From: an uncultured bacterium
Lineage (GTDB): Bacteria; Zhuqueibacterota; QNDG01; DTFT01
Direction of reading: 5' to 3'
Length of the DNA: 64,000 nt
Assembly: GCA_963736115.1 (NCBI GenBank)
Contig: CAVTNR010000010.1
Coordinates: forward strand, 32,001 to 96,000
A program made the position numbers and the translations under genes. Of this stretch, positions 18,538 to 28,178 are shown piece by piece; the stretch's first letter is position 1, and each line of letters starts with the position of its first letter. The notes beneath the pieces are model-generated. The model was given only the letters and a program-made list of their open reading frames with translations. It had not been told where the DNA came from and did not search any database.

Positions 18538-19752
18538 TCATTCCCCCGTAGCCGGCGCGGCAGTGGAAGACGGAACTAAAGTGACCGTCACCCCGCCTTC
18601 GCTGACGCCCGTGACCTTGACGATGAACCCCTCCATTTTCGCCGTGGACAGACGGTTCGCCAGGTCGTCGGCGTTGCCCTTCATTTCGAGCTCGAGCACG
18701 GCGAAACCGTCGCTGAAGTCGCGCTGGGTCACGTTGGTGATGCCCCGCACATAATACTTGAGCGAATTCTTGAAGCGGTTCAGCTCGGCATAGTCGTCGA
18801 CGTTGCGGATTTTCAGGGTGAGGGTGCCGCCCGTGTTCACGTCCGTGGACCAGCGGTCGAGGATTTTCGCGATGAGCGGCTCGGCCAGGGCGTCGCAGGC
18901 CTTCTGGATGGCCTTGGTGCCGCCCGTGACGTCGTCGATGTGCGTGAACTTGCCCTGCTCCGTTCCGATGGCGAGCAGGTCGCCCGTGTCGGTCCGTATG
19001 GCCTTGACCGTCACCGTGGCCTGCTGGGAGCGGATCTTCGCGCCGAACGCCTCGACCTCCACGGCCTTGGCCAGGGCCTTGCCGACCAGGACCACTTCGG
19101 CGCCGGCCCGGCGGCCGACGGCCGCGGCCTGACGCACGTCGCCTTCCAGAATGGCGGCCTCCTTCTCCCGGTCCAGGTTCTGCCGCACCGTGGCCGCGTC
19201 CACGAATCGGAATCCCTTCTTCATGAACTGGTTCATCAGCTGGGATTCGGCCGTGTTCAGGTCGGCTTCGACGAAATGCGCCGCCGTCGCGGTTTCGCCG
19301 ATGTTCTTCTCGTCGATGAGCACCATGAGCCGGGGCGTCTTCTTGCGCCGAATCAGGGTCGCGACCGCATCGAGGTCGTCCTTGAGATCGGATACACGGA
19401 CCCACGCACGCACTTTGACCTCATAGAGCATGGCGTCCCGCTTCCCCTGTTCGAGAATTTCGTATTTCTGAATGTACCCCTGCGTCTTGCTGAAGATATT
19501 GTCCTCGACCACGGTGAAGTTCTGGGCCAGGGTCTCGGACTGAATCAGCGTGCCCAGGGTCTGCTCAATCGCGTTCCGCAGGGCGTCCTCCACGGCGTCG
19601 TCCTTGGCGTGGGCCACGTCGCCTCCCGTGATCGACCCCATGCCGAGCGCGATCACCTCGCGGATTTCCTGGCCGCGTGCCTGTCCGGACCATGCGGTCA
19701 GCGAGAGAAAAGCCGCGGCCAGGGCCGCGGCAAAAGTTTTTCGGATAATCAA
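18538..19752 (-). CDS. Secreted FlgT N-terminal-domain protein
   Basis: Signal peptide; AKDDAVEDALRNAIEQ..G..IQSET...GYIQKYEIL..YEVKVRA (FlgT_N), then a CsgG/TolB-like alpha-beta domain. Confidence 0.78.
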   Translation of the reverse strand: MIIRKTFAAALAAAFLSLTAWSGQARGQEIREVIALGMGSITGGDVAHAKDDAVEDALRNAIEQTLGTLIQSETLAQNFTVVEDNIFSKTQGYIQKYEILEQGKRDAMLYEVKVRAWVRVSDLKDDLDAVATLIRRKKTPRLMVLIDEKNIGETATAAHFVEADLNTAESQLMNQFMKKGFRFVDAATVRQNLDREKEAAILEGDVRQAAAVGRRAGAEVVLVGKALAKAVEVEAFGAKIRSQQATVTVKAIRTDTGDLLAIGTEQGKFTHIDDVTGGTKAIQKACDALAEPLIAKILDRWSTDVNTGGTLTLKIRNVDDYAELNRFKNSLKYYVRGITNVTQRDFSDGFAVLELEMKGNADDLANRLSTAKMEGFIVKVTGVSEGGVTVTLVPSSTAAPATGE

Positions 19753-19771
19753 GGGATCCTCCAGTTGGCGC

Positions 19772-20932
19772 TTAAAACGTCATGCGCAGTGCGTTCTGCA
19801 GATCGCGGATGATGAGCAGGGCGTCCGCCCCGGATACCGGATCCCGCGGCTTGAACGCGCCGTCGAGGGGATCCGCCGTCTTCATGATGCCGCGGTCCAC
19901 CGCGAGGCAGACGGCGTTGTAGGCGAAATGTGTCGGATTGACGTCCGGGAACCGGCTCTCGGATCCGAAGTACTTCGACGCGAGCGATTCGTCGCCGGTC
20001 ACGGTCACGATGATGTTCTGCAGAAACAGGGCGTAATTGGAGCGGTTGATGGCTTCGTCCGGCCGGAACGTATGGTCCGGGAACACATCCATGGCGCCGG
20101 CCTTGATCACGTCCTTGATCCAGTTCGCCGCCCAGTGGCCGTCGAGGTCGGAGGCCGGTTCTTCCTTGGCCGGCGCGGCCGCGGCGTATGCGGTCGGGTC
20201 CTCGGGCGCTCGAAAACGCGTGTCATACACCCTGGGCTGGCGCTTCTGCAGGACTTCGATGAGTTTCAGCTCCTCGACGAACAGCACGGCCAGGTCGGCC
20301 CGGTCGATGGCCGGGATCAGCGCGATTTTCATGCCGATTTTCGTGCCCGGCGCCGCGCGCTGGATCTTCTGGACCAGCTCCCATTCCGCGTTGGCGGCCT
20401 TGGAATAGTCTCCCTTCAGCTCGATGACCTTGCTGAACTGCGCCGCGGCGTCGCCGAAGGCATAGGCCTCCTTGTACGCCTCGCCCTTGTGGAAGAGCGC
20501 GGCCTCGCTCCCGGCATCCAGCTTGAGCGCCTTGTCGAACTGCTTCACCGCGTTCTCGAGCCAGTCCTCGCCCTTCTTCTGCTTCGTCAGGACGCGGCCT
20601 CGGAACACGAATGCGTCGATGAATTTGGGATCTTTGGCGAGGGCCTTATCCAGCGATTCGAAGGCCTTGGCGTAGACGCCGCTCTCGGCCCGGACCAGGC
20701 CCATGCCCGCGTATCCCCCGGGATAAGAGGGATCGAGCGCCGTCGCGCGGCCGAATTCGTCCGACGCGGCGTCCGTGTTTCCGCGTTCAAGCTCGCGCAG
20801 GCCCTGCTGATAATGGTTCTCGGGCGTGTCCAGAACGGACTGCTCCTTCACCGGCTTCGGACCGCATCCCCAGATCAGAAATGCGGCCGCGAGACCCGCG
20901 AGCAGGGCGATAGGCTTCAATCGACTGACCAT
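19772..20932 (-). CDS. TPR + S-layer homology (SLH) lipoprotein
   Basis: IWG-C lipobox; several TPRs; SLH-like SDLDGHWA..WI....AM..FPD.TFRPD..INR and FPDV..THFA...FKP..PVS.A.A. Confidence 0.85.
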   Translation of the reverse strand: MVSRLKPIALLAGLAAAFLIWGCGPKPVKEQSVLDTPENHYQQGLRELERGNTDAASDEFGRATALDPSYPGGYAGMGLVRAESGVYAKAFESLDKALAKDPKFIDAFVFRGRVLTKQKKGEDWLENAVKQFDKALKLDAGSEAALFHKGEAYKEAYAFGDAAAQFSKVIELKGDYSKAANAEWELVQKIQRAAPGTKIGMKIALIPAIDRADLAVLFVEELKLIEVLQKRQPRVYDTRFRAPEDPTAYAAAAPAKEEPASDLDGHWAANWIKDVIKAGAMDVFPDHTFRPDEAINRSNYALFLQNIIVTVTGDESLASKYFGSESRFPDVNPTHFAYNAVCLAVDRGIMKTADPLDGAFKPRDPVSGADALLIIRDLQNALRMTF

Positions 20933-20962
20933 GTGCGTTCTCCTCTCGTTCGGGACGGCCGC

Positions 20963-21859
20963 TCAATCCAGGACGAACATTACCTTGCAGTGCTGAAGGA
21001 AATTCGCGTCCACGGCCGCGCCGTGTATCCGTTTGGCGTCCGCGGCGGAGACCACCACGTCGGTCCGGTTCGGGCCGGACGCCTGGACGGCCTTCACGAC
21101 CATCGGCGTGGCGGTCACCCGGTCGTTCTTCGCCGCGCGGTTGACGTCCTTCTCGTATCCCACCATGCCGATGTCCACGGCATACTCGCGGCTGACGAAC
21201 CGGGAGCCGTACACCTCGTTTCCGGATTCGTCGACGATTCTCGGCGCCATGGCCGGACGCAGGCTGAAGCCTCGGCAGTCGATGATCAGGCCGGAGACAC
21301 CGGCCCCGGCGTCCGAGCCGCCGCCGGTTGAGCTGACGTTCGAGGGAACCGGACGGCCCGAGGGCCAGGGCTGGCCGCAGGTCGGGCACGCGGCCCCGCC
21401 GCCGGCCGCCATGAACGAGCCCCCGCCGAAAGAGGACGGCAGAACCGCGTCCGCGATGATGCCGGTCAGCGGCACCTCGACGTCGACCTCGACATCGCCT
21501 GACGACATATACCGGGTGTCCACCACGCGGAAGCCGCGAATCGCGCCTTCCACCTTGGTTTTAATGACATCGCTCGCGACAATGGCGTTCTCGACCGTGG
21601 TCTCGGAATTCAGCGCAACGCCCTTGATCGTTTCCAGCACATTTCGGAGCGCGTCCATTTTCGCGGCTCTGAGCGCGCCGGCCCTCTGCTGGGGCAGGGG
21701 CATGGCCACATTCGGCGCGCCGATTCCGGTGGCGCGCACGACCTGGCTGGTCCAGTTCACGTCGCCGGAACCGACGGATTGAACATAACCCTGGCCGGAA
21801 ACCAGGCAGGGTACGAGGGCGGCAAGCCCGATCAGGAACAGCATACGGCGGCGCATCAT
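20963..21859 (-). CDS. LPP20-family secreted protein
   Basis: VNWT..VVRATGIG, ALRAAKMDALRN..E.IKGV..NSETTV (LPP20); C-terminal GLIID.RG...PAMAPRI.DE.G..VY domain. Confidence 0.78.
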   Translation of the reverse strand: MMRRRMLFLIGLAALVPCLVSGQGYVQSVGSGDVNWTSQVVRATGIGAPNVAMPLPQQRAGALRAAKMDALRNVLETIKGVALNSETTVENAIVASDVIKTKVEGAIRGFRVVDTRYMSSGDVEVDVEVPLTGIIADAVLPSSFGGGSFMAAGGGAACPTCGQPWPSGRPVPSNVSSTGGGSDAGAGVSGLIIDCRGFSLRPAMAPRIVDESGNEVYGSRFVSREYAVDIGMVGYEKDVNRAAKNDRVTATPMVVKAVQASGPNRTDVVVSAADAKRIHGAAVDANFLQHCKVMFVLD

Positions 21860-21882
21860 GGGAGAATCCTCCTGTCCGTTGT

Positions 21883-22041
21883 GAATCTGTCAGCGAGCGT
21901 ATCCCCCGCGGCTTGCCGCGGGGTAAGCGAGCGTATATCAGATGTCACTTCTCTACAGATAGAAGCTTCCCCGCCGCTTGCCTTCAATAAAAGCATATAT
22001 AATCGCTTGGTCCCGCGCAGCGGGACGGCGGGGAGCTTCAA
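21883..22041 (-). mobile_element. Non-autonomous two-hairpin element (PATE/MITE-like), copy 1
   Basis: Reverse complement aligns to 43506-43708 (TTGAAGCTCCCCGCC...CGCTCGCTGWCAGATTC). Confidence 0.75.
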
Positions 22042-22061
22042 ACACCCGAACAAAAAAAAAG

Positions 22062-22134
22062 AGCGAATGACGGGGGTCGAACCCGCGACATCCAGCTTGG
22101 GAAGCTGGCGCTCTACCAACTGAGCTACATTCGC
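22062..22134 (-). tRNA. tRNA-Gly(CCC)
   Basis: GCGAATGTAGCTCAG...CCAGC-TTCCCAA-GCTGG...GGTTCGACCCC...CATTCGCT; U73 discriminator. Confidence 0.96.
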
Positions 22135-22661
22135 TTTTCGTGCATTTGAAAATGTCCGGCCAATAAATTACGAAATTTTACCTGAAAGTCAAGATTTATT
22201 TAGGGTTTCCGTACAGCGAACCATCCGGCGACGCCTGCCTATCGGTAGAGTTCTGACCTGCGGATCGGCTGTCCGGTCGCCTGGGCAGTTCGTCCAATCC
22301 AACCATAGCATTCCCGGTCTCAGGCTCCGAGTCCGGAGACGCGCACGAAAAGCCTGTTTTTGCAGCGCCGACAGGGTACAACACCCGTCATGGTCTTCTT
22401 CACTAGAGGCGGATGATAACCCGACTTGATCGGCCGGTCACGCCGGAACCTGGAAGCGCTGTTCTTCGAGTATTTTCTGTATCCGCAACGTTCCGCAACT
22501 CAGGGCAAGGTGAAAAGCACTGCGCAAGGTCGGCGGCTACCATTGCCGAAATCGGGACGCACGTCGCTTCTCCCTTGAAAATACCGACACGGCGAGCAAG
22601 AACGGCATCTCATGAGCGTGCCTGATCATCGAAACACGACCCGGACCCGCCCGTCCGACCG

Positions 22662-22937
22662 TTAATAGGTCACCCGGAAGTCCCTGTCTTTTCCGGTCCA
22701 GGGTTTCCATTCTACGGCAACGGCCTTCACCGAGGCGTAAGGATGGCCGGTTTTCAGATCGCGGATCATGGACTCGATCAGGCTCCGGTCGCCTTCAGCC
22801 GTGATTTCCACCCGGCCGTCCGGCAGATTTTTCACCCATCCGGCCAGCCCGAGCGCCGCCGCCAGACGCGTGACAAAGAAACGGTATCCGATTCCCTGGA
22901 CCATGCCGCTGACGACAATGTGGGCCTGGTGGCTCAT
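22662..22937 (-). CDS. acyP: Acylphosphatase
   Basis: VSGMVQGIGYR, GWVKNLPDGRVEI.AEG. Confidence 0.93.
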   Translation of the reverse strand: MSHQAHIVVSGMVQGIGYRFFVTRLAAALGLAGWVKNLPDGRVEITAEGDRSLIESMIRDLKTGHPYASVKAVAVEWKPWTGKDRDFRVTY

Positions 22938-23094
22938 CGGGAAACGGTTCGCCTCCGGTTCATCCGCAGTTGCGGTTAAAATTGTTGATTTTTTTCGCTA
23001 AAATCAAGCGGAAATATGCCGGTTTGCCGCAGGAACCCCGCATCATCTGATTTTCAGGCTTGCGTCAAAGGAATTTATCGAGTATCTTTATAAG

Positions 23095-24381
23095 ATGGCT
23101 CGAATCCGCGAAAAAGTCAAAACCCGGCCGGTCGACGATCTGGTCATTATCGGCGGCGGCGCGTCCGGCTTGACGGCCGCCCTGGCCGCGGCGGAAGCCG
23201 GAATCCGGCCTGTCATTCTGGAGCGGATGGACCGGGTCGGGAAAAAAATACTGGCCACTGGAAACGGCCGGTGCAACCTGACCCATCTGTCCGCGGATCC
23301 GTCCCGGTACCACGGAGCGGATCCAGCATTCACGGCTCCCGCCCTCTCCCGATTCGGCGTGGCCCGGACACTTGAACTGTTCGCGAAAATGGGTCTGGAG
23401 ACGAAAACCGAGGAAAACGGCCGCATTTTCCCGCGAACGGATCAGGCATCGGCCGTGCTGGACGTGCTCCGCTACGAGACGACCCGCCTGCAGGCGGAGG
23501 AACTCTGCCTTTCCGAAGTCAGAACGATCGAAAGCGCGGACGGGGTTTTCCGGATCTCGCTCGGAAACGGTCATGTCCGGTTCGCGTCAACGGTCGTGCT
23601 GGCCGCGGGCGGACGCGCCACGCCGGCCCTGGGCTCGAACGGCTCGGGTTTTCAGCTGGCCCGCGGTCTGGGGCATTCCGTGGTGGAACCCTTCCCCGCC
23701 ATCGTCCAGCTGAAACTGCGGGAACCGTTGCTTCGAAAACTGAAGGGCGTGAAAATCCTGGGCCGGCTCGATCTGACGACCGGCGGCGATTCCCTCGGCT
23801 CGGCGACGGGCGAGCTCCTGTTCATGGAATACGGCCTCTCCGGGCCGCCGGCCCTGAAATGCGCCAGAACCGTAAACGAACTGCTGTCCGGCGGCCGCAG
23901 GCCGTCCGTGACGCTGGACTGCTTTCCTGAAAAAAGCCCGGCCGAATGCCTCGCCCAGCTTGAATCCAGGCGGGACTCGCTCGGATACAAATCAGCCTCG
24001 GATGGCCTCGTGGGGCTGGTTCATAAACGGCTCATCCCCGTGCTTCTGGAAAAGGCCATGGTGGACCGGGACAAGCCCTGGAAAAAATTCACGGACGCGG
24101 AACTGAGGCGCCTTTCCGCCTGCCTGAAATCATGGACCTTCGAAGTGATCGGCACTCGAAGCTGGCTGGACGCGCAGGTCACGGCCGGCGGCGTCTCGAC
24201 CCGTGAAATCGTTCCTGAGACATTGGAGTCGAAACTCGTTCCGGGTCTCTTTTTCGCAGGCGAAATCATGGATGTGGACGGCGATTCGGGCGGGTACAAC
24301 CTGCAGTGGGCCTGGTCCTCGGGCCGGCTGGCCGGCGGGGCCGCGGCCGCGAAGATTCTTGCAGCAGCGGAAGGAAACTGA
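23095..24381 (+). CDS. HI0933/YhiN (BaiN-like) flavoprotein oxidoreductase
   Basis: GGGASG, GKKILATGNGRCNLT, GSNGSGF, VTAGGV, GEIMDVDG.SGGYNLQWAWSSG. Confidence 0.93.
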   Translation: MARIREKVKTRPVDDLVIIGGGASGLTAALAAAEAGIRPVILERMDRVGKKILATGNGRCNLTHLSADPSRYHGADPAFTAPALSRFGVARTLELFAKMGLETKTEENGRIFPRTDQASAVLDVLRYETTRLQAEELCLSEVRTIESADGVFRISLGNGHVRFASTVVLAAGGRATPALGSNGSGFQLARGLGHSVVEPFPAIVQLKLREPLLRKLKGVKILGRLDLTTGGDSLGSATGELLFMEYGLSGPPALKCARTVNELLSGGRRPSVTLDCFPEKSPAECLAQLESRRDSLGYKSASDGLVGLVHKRLIPVLLEKAMVDRDKPWKKFTDAELRRLSACLKSWTFEVIGTRSWLDAQVTAGGVSTREIVPETLESKLVPGLFFAGEIMDVDGDSGGYNLQWAWSSGRLAGGAAAAKILAAAEGN

Positions 24382-24389
24382 AGAGTCAT

Positions 24390-24797
24390 ATGCCGGGACG
24401 ACATTCGCAGAAAATACTGATCATCGACGACAATCCGGCCGTGCGGAACATGCTCATCAAGCTGTTCGGGGAGTACGGGTACCGCACGGCCTCGGTGGAC
24501 GACGGACTCAAGGCCCTGCAGGCGGCCCGTGTCGAGAAACCGGACCTCATCCTGCTCGACGTCATGCTGCCGGGCATGGACGGGTTTACGGTCTGCCGCA
24601 TGATCAAGTTCGACCGCCTGCTGAGGAGCATCCCCGTCATCATCCTGACCTCCCGCATGGGCAAGGAGGACGAGAAAAGGGCCTACGAAGTGGGAGCCGA
24701 CGCCTATCTCGTCAAGGCCGTTCGCACCGTGATCATCGTCGACAAAGTCCGGGAATTGCTGAGCCGGCCCCCCGGCGCGGCCGACCCGCCCCGCTGA
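24390..24797 (+). CDS. Single-domain response regulator (receiver)
   Basis: KILIIDD, LLDVMLPGMDG, LTS, GAD.YLVK; ATG at 24390. Confidence 0.88.
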   Translation: MPGRHSQKILIIDDNPAVRNMLIKLFGEYGYRTASVDDGLKALQAARVEKPDLILLDVMLPGMDGFTVCRMIKFDRLLRSIPVIILTSRMGKEDEKRAYEVGADAYLVKAVRTVIIVDKVRELLSRPPGAADPPR

Positions 24798-24828
24798 ACG
24801 CAAACGAATTGAAGGGAGACAGCCCCGG

Positions 24829-25215
24829 ATGTCCCAGGCATCGGAACCGAAGAAAATACTGATCATCGATGACAACGCAGCCGTGCGGAGCACCCTGGAA
24901 GCGTTGTTCAAGGAAAGCGGCTACCGGACCGTGAGCGCGGAAAACGGACTGGACGGGCTGTACAAGGCGAAGCAGGAATCGCCGGACATCGTTCTGCTGG
25001 ACATTATGCTTCCCGGCATGGACGGATACCGGGTTTGCCGCATGATCAAGATGGACCAGAACCTGAAGCGCATTCCGGTCGTGATGCTGACGTCCCGCAT
25101 GGGCGAGGAGGACCGGGATAAGGCTTTCGAAAGCGGGGCGGACGGGTTCCTGATCAAGGCCACCCGGGTGGAGATCATCCTTCAGGAAATCCGGGATAAG
25201 CTGGGGCAGAAATAA
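24829..25215 (+). CDS. Single-domain response regulator (receiver), paralog of the upstream gene
   Basis: KILIIDD, LLDIMLPGMDG, LTSRMGEED, GADGFLIK. Confidence 0.9.
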   Translation: MSQASEPKKILIIDDNAAVRSTLEALFKESGYRTVSAENGLDGLYKAKQESPDIVLLDIMLPGMDGYRVCRMIKMDQNLKRIPVVMLTSRMGEEDRDKAFESGADGFLIKATRVEIILQEIRDKLGQK

Positions 25216-25340
25216 AAAGCGATCTTACCCCGGCCGGGTCTTCCCTGTTTTTCAAATAGAGTCACCTGGTTCCGCACCGCGGGAGGCGCCCCTGCGCACC
25301 CGCGACTCCTTTTTATCCGGATCCCGAAGAAAACGTCAGG

Positions 25341-25428
25341 GAGACCCTTCAGGGGCAAATCGCCCTTCGGGCGACAAGCCCCTGACCCGGCTCTCCCGGC
25401 CTCGCAGGGAAGCGGTCCTCAGAGTGAC
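25341..25428 (+). repeat. 88-bp dispersed structured repeat, copy 1
   Basis: Colinear with the reverse complement of 43411-43498. Confidence 0.8.
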
Positions 25429-25491
25429 ATCAGTGGTTCCGCGCAGCGGCTCCCTCCCCTGCGCTTTTTTTTACCCCGTCCGCAAAAAACC

Positions 25492-26940
25492 TCAAACTGA
25501 TTTACCTGATCTCCTGATCCGCGCCATGATTCTCCCCCACTCCTCCCTCGCCTCCTGCGACACACGCAGCGTCACCCAGAGCAGAACCGGCATCGACAAC
25601 AACCAGACCGCTAGTCTCGTGGTCATCCCACCCGACAGGGAAAGTGCGGCGCGGCCGACTGCGTAGACCGCGGCGAACGCGGCCAGCCGCCGCAGGGGCT
25701 CGAACAGGGCGATGGGAAAGTTCAGCCGCCTCACCAGCGCCAGCGTCGCGCCGAGATACGCCGCGAACGAAAGAAACGTGGACATCGCCGCGCCCGTGAT
25801 CCCGTATAGCGGAATCCACCAGAGGTTGAGGCCGACGTTCACCGCCAGCGCGGTCAAAGTGATGACCGGTATCCAGTGCGGCTTTCTTCTCTGGTAGAAA
25901 ATCGAATCGATGAAAGACCCCATATTGAACAGGATATACCCGAGGCCCACCCAGGAGAGAACGGGAATCGCATCCCGGTACCGGTCCGGCAGAATGGAAC
26001 GGTCGAAGGCCCTGAAAAAAAAGTCCAGAAACAGGAAGGCCGCAAACGAGGCGGTCTGGACATGCAGAAACGTCCGCCGGAAGGATTCCCGCAGTTCCGT
26101 TTCGCCGATGCGGAACAGGTGCGGGAACCAGGCATTGTTCAGGGACGACACCAGGTAGTACAGCACGGAACCGAATTTGTAACCGAACGCGTACACGCCC
26201 ACAGCCGCCAGGCCGCGGAACCGTTCCAGCAGGTACTGGTCCGACTGGAACAGGAGCACGGTCAGCAGGACGTTGGCCGCCAGGGGCAGGCCGAAACGCA
26301 CCATGCGGCCGCAGGCGGCCCGGTCGAACCGCCCGGTCAGGGCCGGCACCCAGGCGAAAGCGGTGAGGACCAGGTAGAGGCCGCCGCTCAGGGCGAATGA
26401 AACAAGAAAGGCTTCCACGCCCCAGCCGCGCCGGGTCAGGAGAAACCAGTTGCAGGCGAAGAAGAATATCATTTTCAGACTGGCCGCTGCCGCGAATGAT
26501 CGCGCCATGCCGCGGCTTCGGAGCAGGGTGCCTGCGAGATGGCAGACGCATTCCAGCGCGGTCACACCGAGCAGCCAGGGGAGGATGCCGGCGTACGCAG
26601 TGTCTCTGAACAAGGCGGCGGTCACCGGGCCCCGGAAAGCCAGGGACACCGCGGACACAGCCAGGGCCGCGACGGATGTGGCTGTCAGAGCCGTGAAGAA
26701 GAGGGATTTCTGTTCGCCAAGGGCGGCACTTGAGGCATCGCGGAGCAGGGCCTGGTCCGTTCCGATCAGAAAGAAGACCATGCCGATGCCGAGGAAGAAC
26801 TGGAACAGGCTGATGAACCCGAATTCCGAAACACTCAGGCTGGACACGTACAGGGGGATCACGGCCAATGACATCAGCCGCTGAATCACAGTGGCGGTTC
26901 CGTATAAAAAGGTGTCCTTGAAGAGTGTGGTCAGACGCAT
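25492..26940 (-). CDS. Wzx/MATE-like oligosaccharide flippase
   Basis: About 12-14 TM segments; FKDTFLYG, FGLPL, DQYLL, VGVYA.GYKFG, LN..WIP.YGI.GAA. Confidence 0.85.
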   Translation of the reverse strand: MRLTTLFKDTFLYGTATVIQRLMSLAVIPLYVSSLSVSEFGFISLFQFFLGIGMVFFLIGTDQALLRDASSAALGEQKSLFFTALTATSVAALAVSAVSLAFRGPVTAALFRDTAYAGILPWLLGVTALECVCHLAGTLLRSRGMARSFAAAASLKMIFFFACNWFLLTRRGWGVEAFLVSFALSGGLYLVLTAFAWVPALTGRFDRAACGRMVRFGLPLAANVLLTVLLFQSDQYLLERFRGLAAVGVYAFGYKFGSVLYYLVSSLNNAWFPHLFRIGETELRESFRRTFLHVQTASFAAFLFLDFFFRAFDRSILPDRYRDAIPVLSWVGLGYILFNMGSFIDSIFYQRRKPHWIPVITLTALAVNVGLNLWWIPLYGITGAAMSTFLSFAAYLGATLALVRRLNFPIALFEPLRRLAAFAAVYAVGRAALSLSGGMTTRLAVWLLSMPVLLWVTLRVSQEAREEWGRIMARIRRSGKSV

Positions 26941-27133
26941 GGCCGAACCGCCTGTCCGACCATGCTTGCGGTAATGCCACGCCGCCGCGCCTTCGACCTG
27001 GAAAGGATCATTTCAGAGACTTCCGAAAAATTGACGGATCCCCGGTAGCCGCGAGCTTTAGCTCGCGCTAAATCGAATTTTTTCGAGACGGGAGATGCCT
27101 GGAATCGCCAATTCCCCTGATTTTTCAGAAGTT

Positions 27134-28111
27134 TCATTTCATCAGGATCATTCGAGTGGTCGCCTGAACCGCGCCCTGGCGGAGGCGGGCCAGGTAAACT
27201 CCGCCTGCCAGGCATTCGCCGTTAAAAGGGATGCAATACTCACCCCCCGCAAGATCCGCATCGACCAGAACCGCGGCCCGCCGGCCCATCATGTCGAAAA
27301 CCTCCACACAGGCACGCCCGCTTTGGGGAACCGAGAATACGACCGTGGTCCCGGGATTGAACGGATTGGGGTAATTGCGCAGGAGCGAATACCGGACCGG
27401 ACAGGCGGGCGCGTCCCCGACCCCGCTGCTCCCGGCTTCGAGTGCGATGGTCTCGCCGTTTCTGAGAACAAGCCTGTTCGGAGCCGTGAAGCGGGCGAGT
27501 GTCGCTACATTGCCCGTGTCCGGAGGCGGCATGGAATGAATCGGAATCGCGACTCTTGGCCGGATCAGATCGACCGCCTCGACCGCTGCCTCGGGGGTCA
27601 TGTTGTAGATGCCGTCAATCGGGAGCATCGCGACTGTGATGTCCCTGGCCGCGAGATCCGCCATTTCCGTGATCTTTCCCGTGTCTCCGGCGTGGTAGAT
27701 GCGGATGCCGTTGAATTCGACGACGTAACCGACGCACGCGGTTTTCGAATGATTGGCATTGTACGCGGGAACCGCGTCCACGCGGATGTCCCCGGCCTCA
27801 AAGCTCTGGTACGCGCCGTCCTTGATGGCCTGGGCGCTGGAAACCGTGAGGCATCCGGTTTTCTTCTTCACCAGATTGACGGCATTGTGGTCTCCGTGCA
27901 GGTGCGTAACGAGCAGGACGTCTGCTGAATCCGCGTAGTCGGCCGATGTGCCGGCGAACGGGTCGATGTAAATCGTTTTTCCGGCGGCCGTTACGATCTT
28001 CACGCTGGAGTGGCCGATAAAGGTCAGGGAGTCGGCGGGCCCGTCCGCGAAGACGGCCGCGCTGAACAAAAAAACGGCCGGGAAAAAGAACGCATTCCTG
28101 AACTCTTTCAT
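27134..28111 (-). CDS. Secreted MBL-fold hydrolase with C-terminal sorting domain
   Basis: GHSS, YIDP, THLHGDH, YHAGDT, IPIH; C-terminal NYPNPFNP...GVY..RL. Confidence 0.85.
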   Translation of the reverse strand: MKEFRNAFFFPAVFLFSAAVFADGPADSLTFIGHSSVKIVTAAGKTIYIDPFAGTSADYADSADVLLVTHLHGDHNAVNLVKKKTGCLTVSSAQAIKDGAYQSFEAGDIRVDAVPAYNANHSKTACVGYVVEFNGIRIYHAGDTGKITEMADLAARDITVAMLPIDGIYNMTPEAAVEAVDLIRPRVAIPIHSMPPPDTGNVATLARFTAPNRLVLRNGETIALEAGSSGVGDAPACPVRYSLLRNYPNPFNPGTTVVFSVPQSGRACVEVFDMMGRRAAVLVDADLAGGEYCIPFNGECLAGGVYLARLRQGAVQATTRMILMK

Positions 28112-28178
28112 GGATCCTGTCCTCCTGTCGATCATTGAAACAAACCTGTTCGCGAGCCGGAGCCGCTGCAGTCCGCTT

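Noticed and set aside
19550-21331. 593-aa + strand ORF
   Set aside because: Antisense to the TPR-SLH and LPP20 genes; composition typical of shadow frames.
21856-22123. Short ORFs over tRNA-Gly and the repeat element
   Set aside because: They overlap a clear tRNA and a non-coding repeat; the similar peptide at 43481-43672 reflects the repeat copy.
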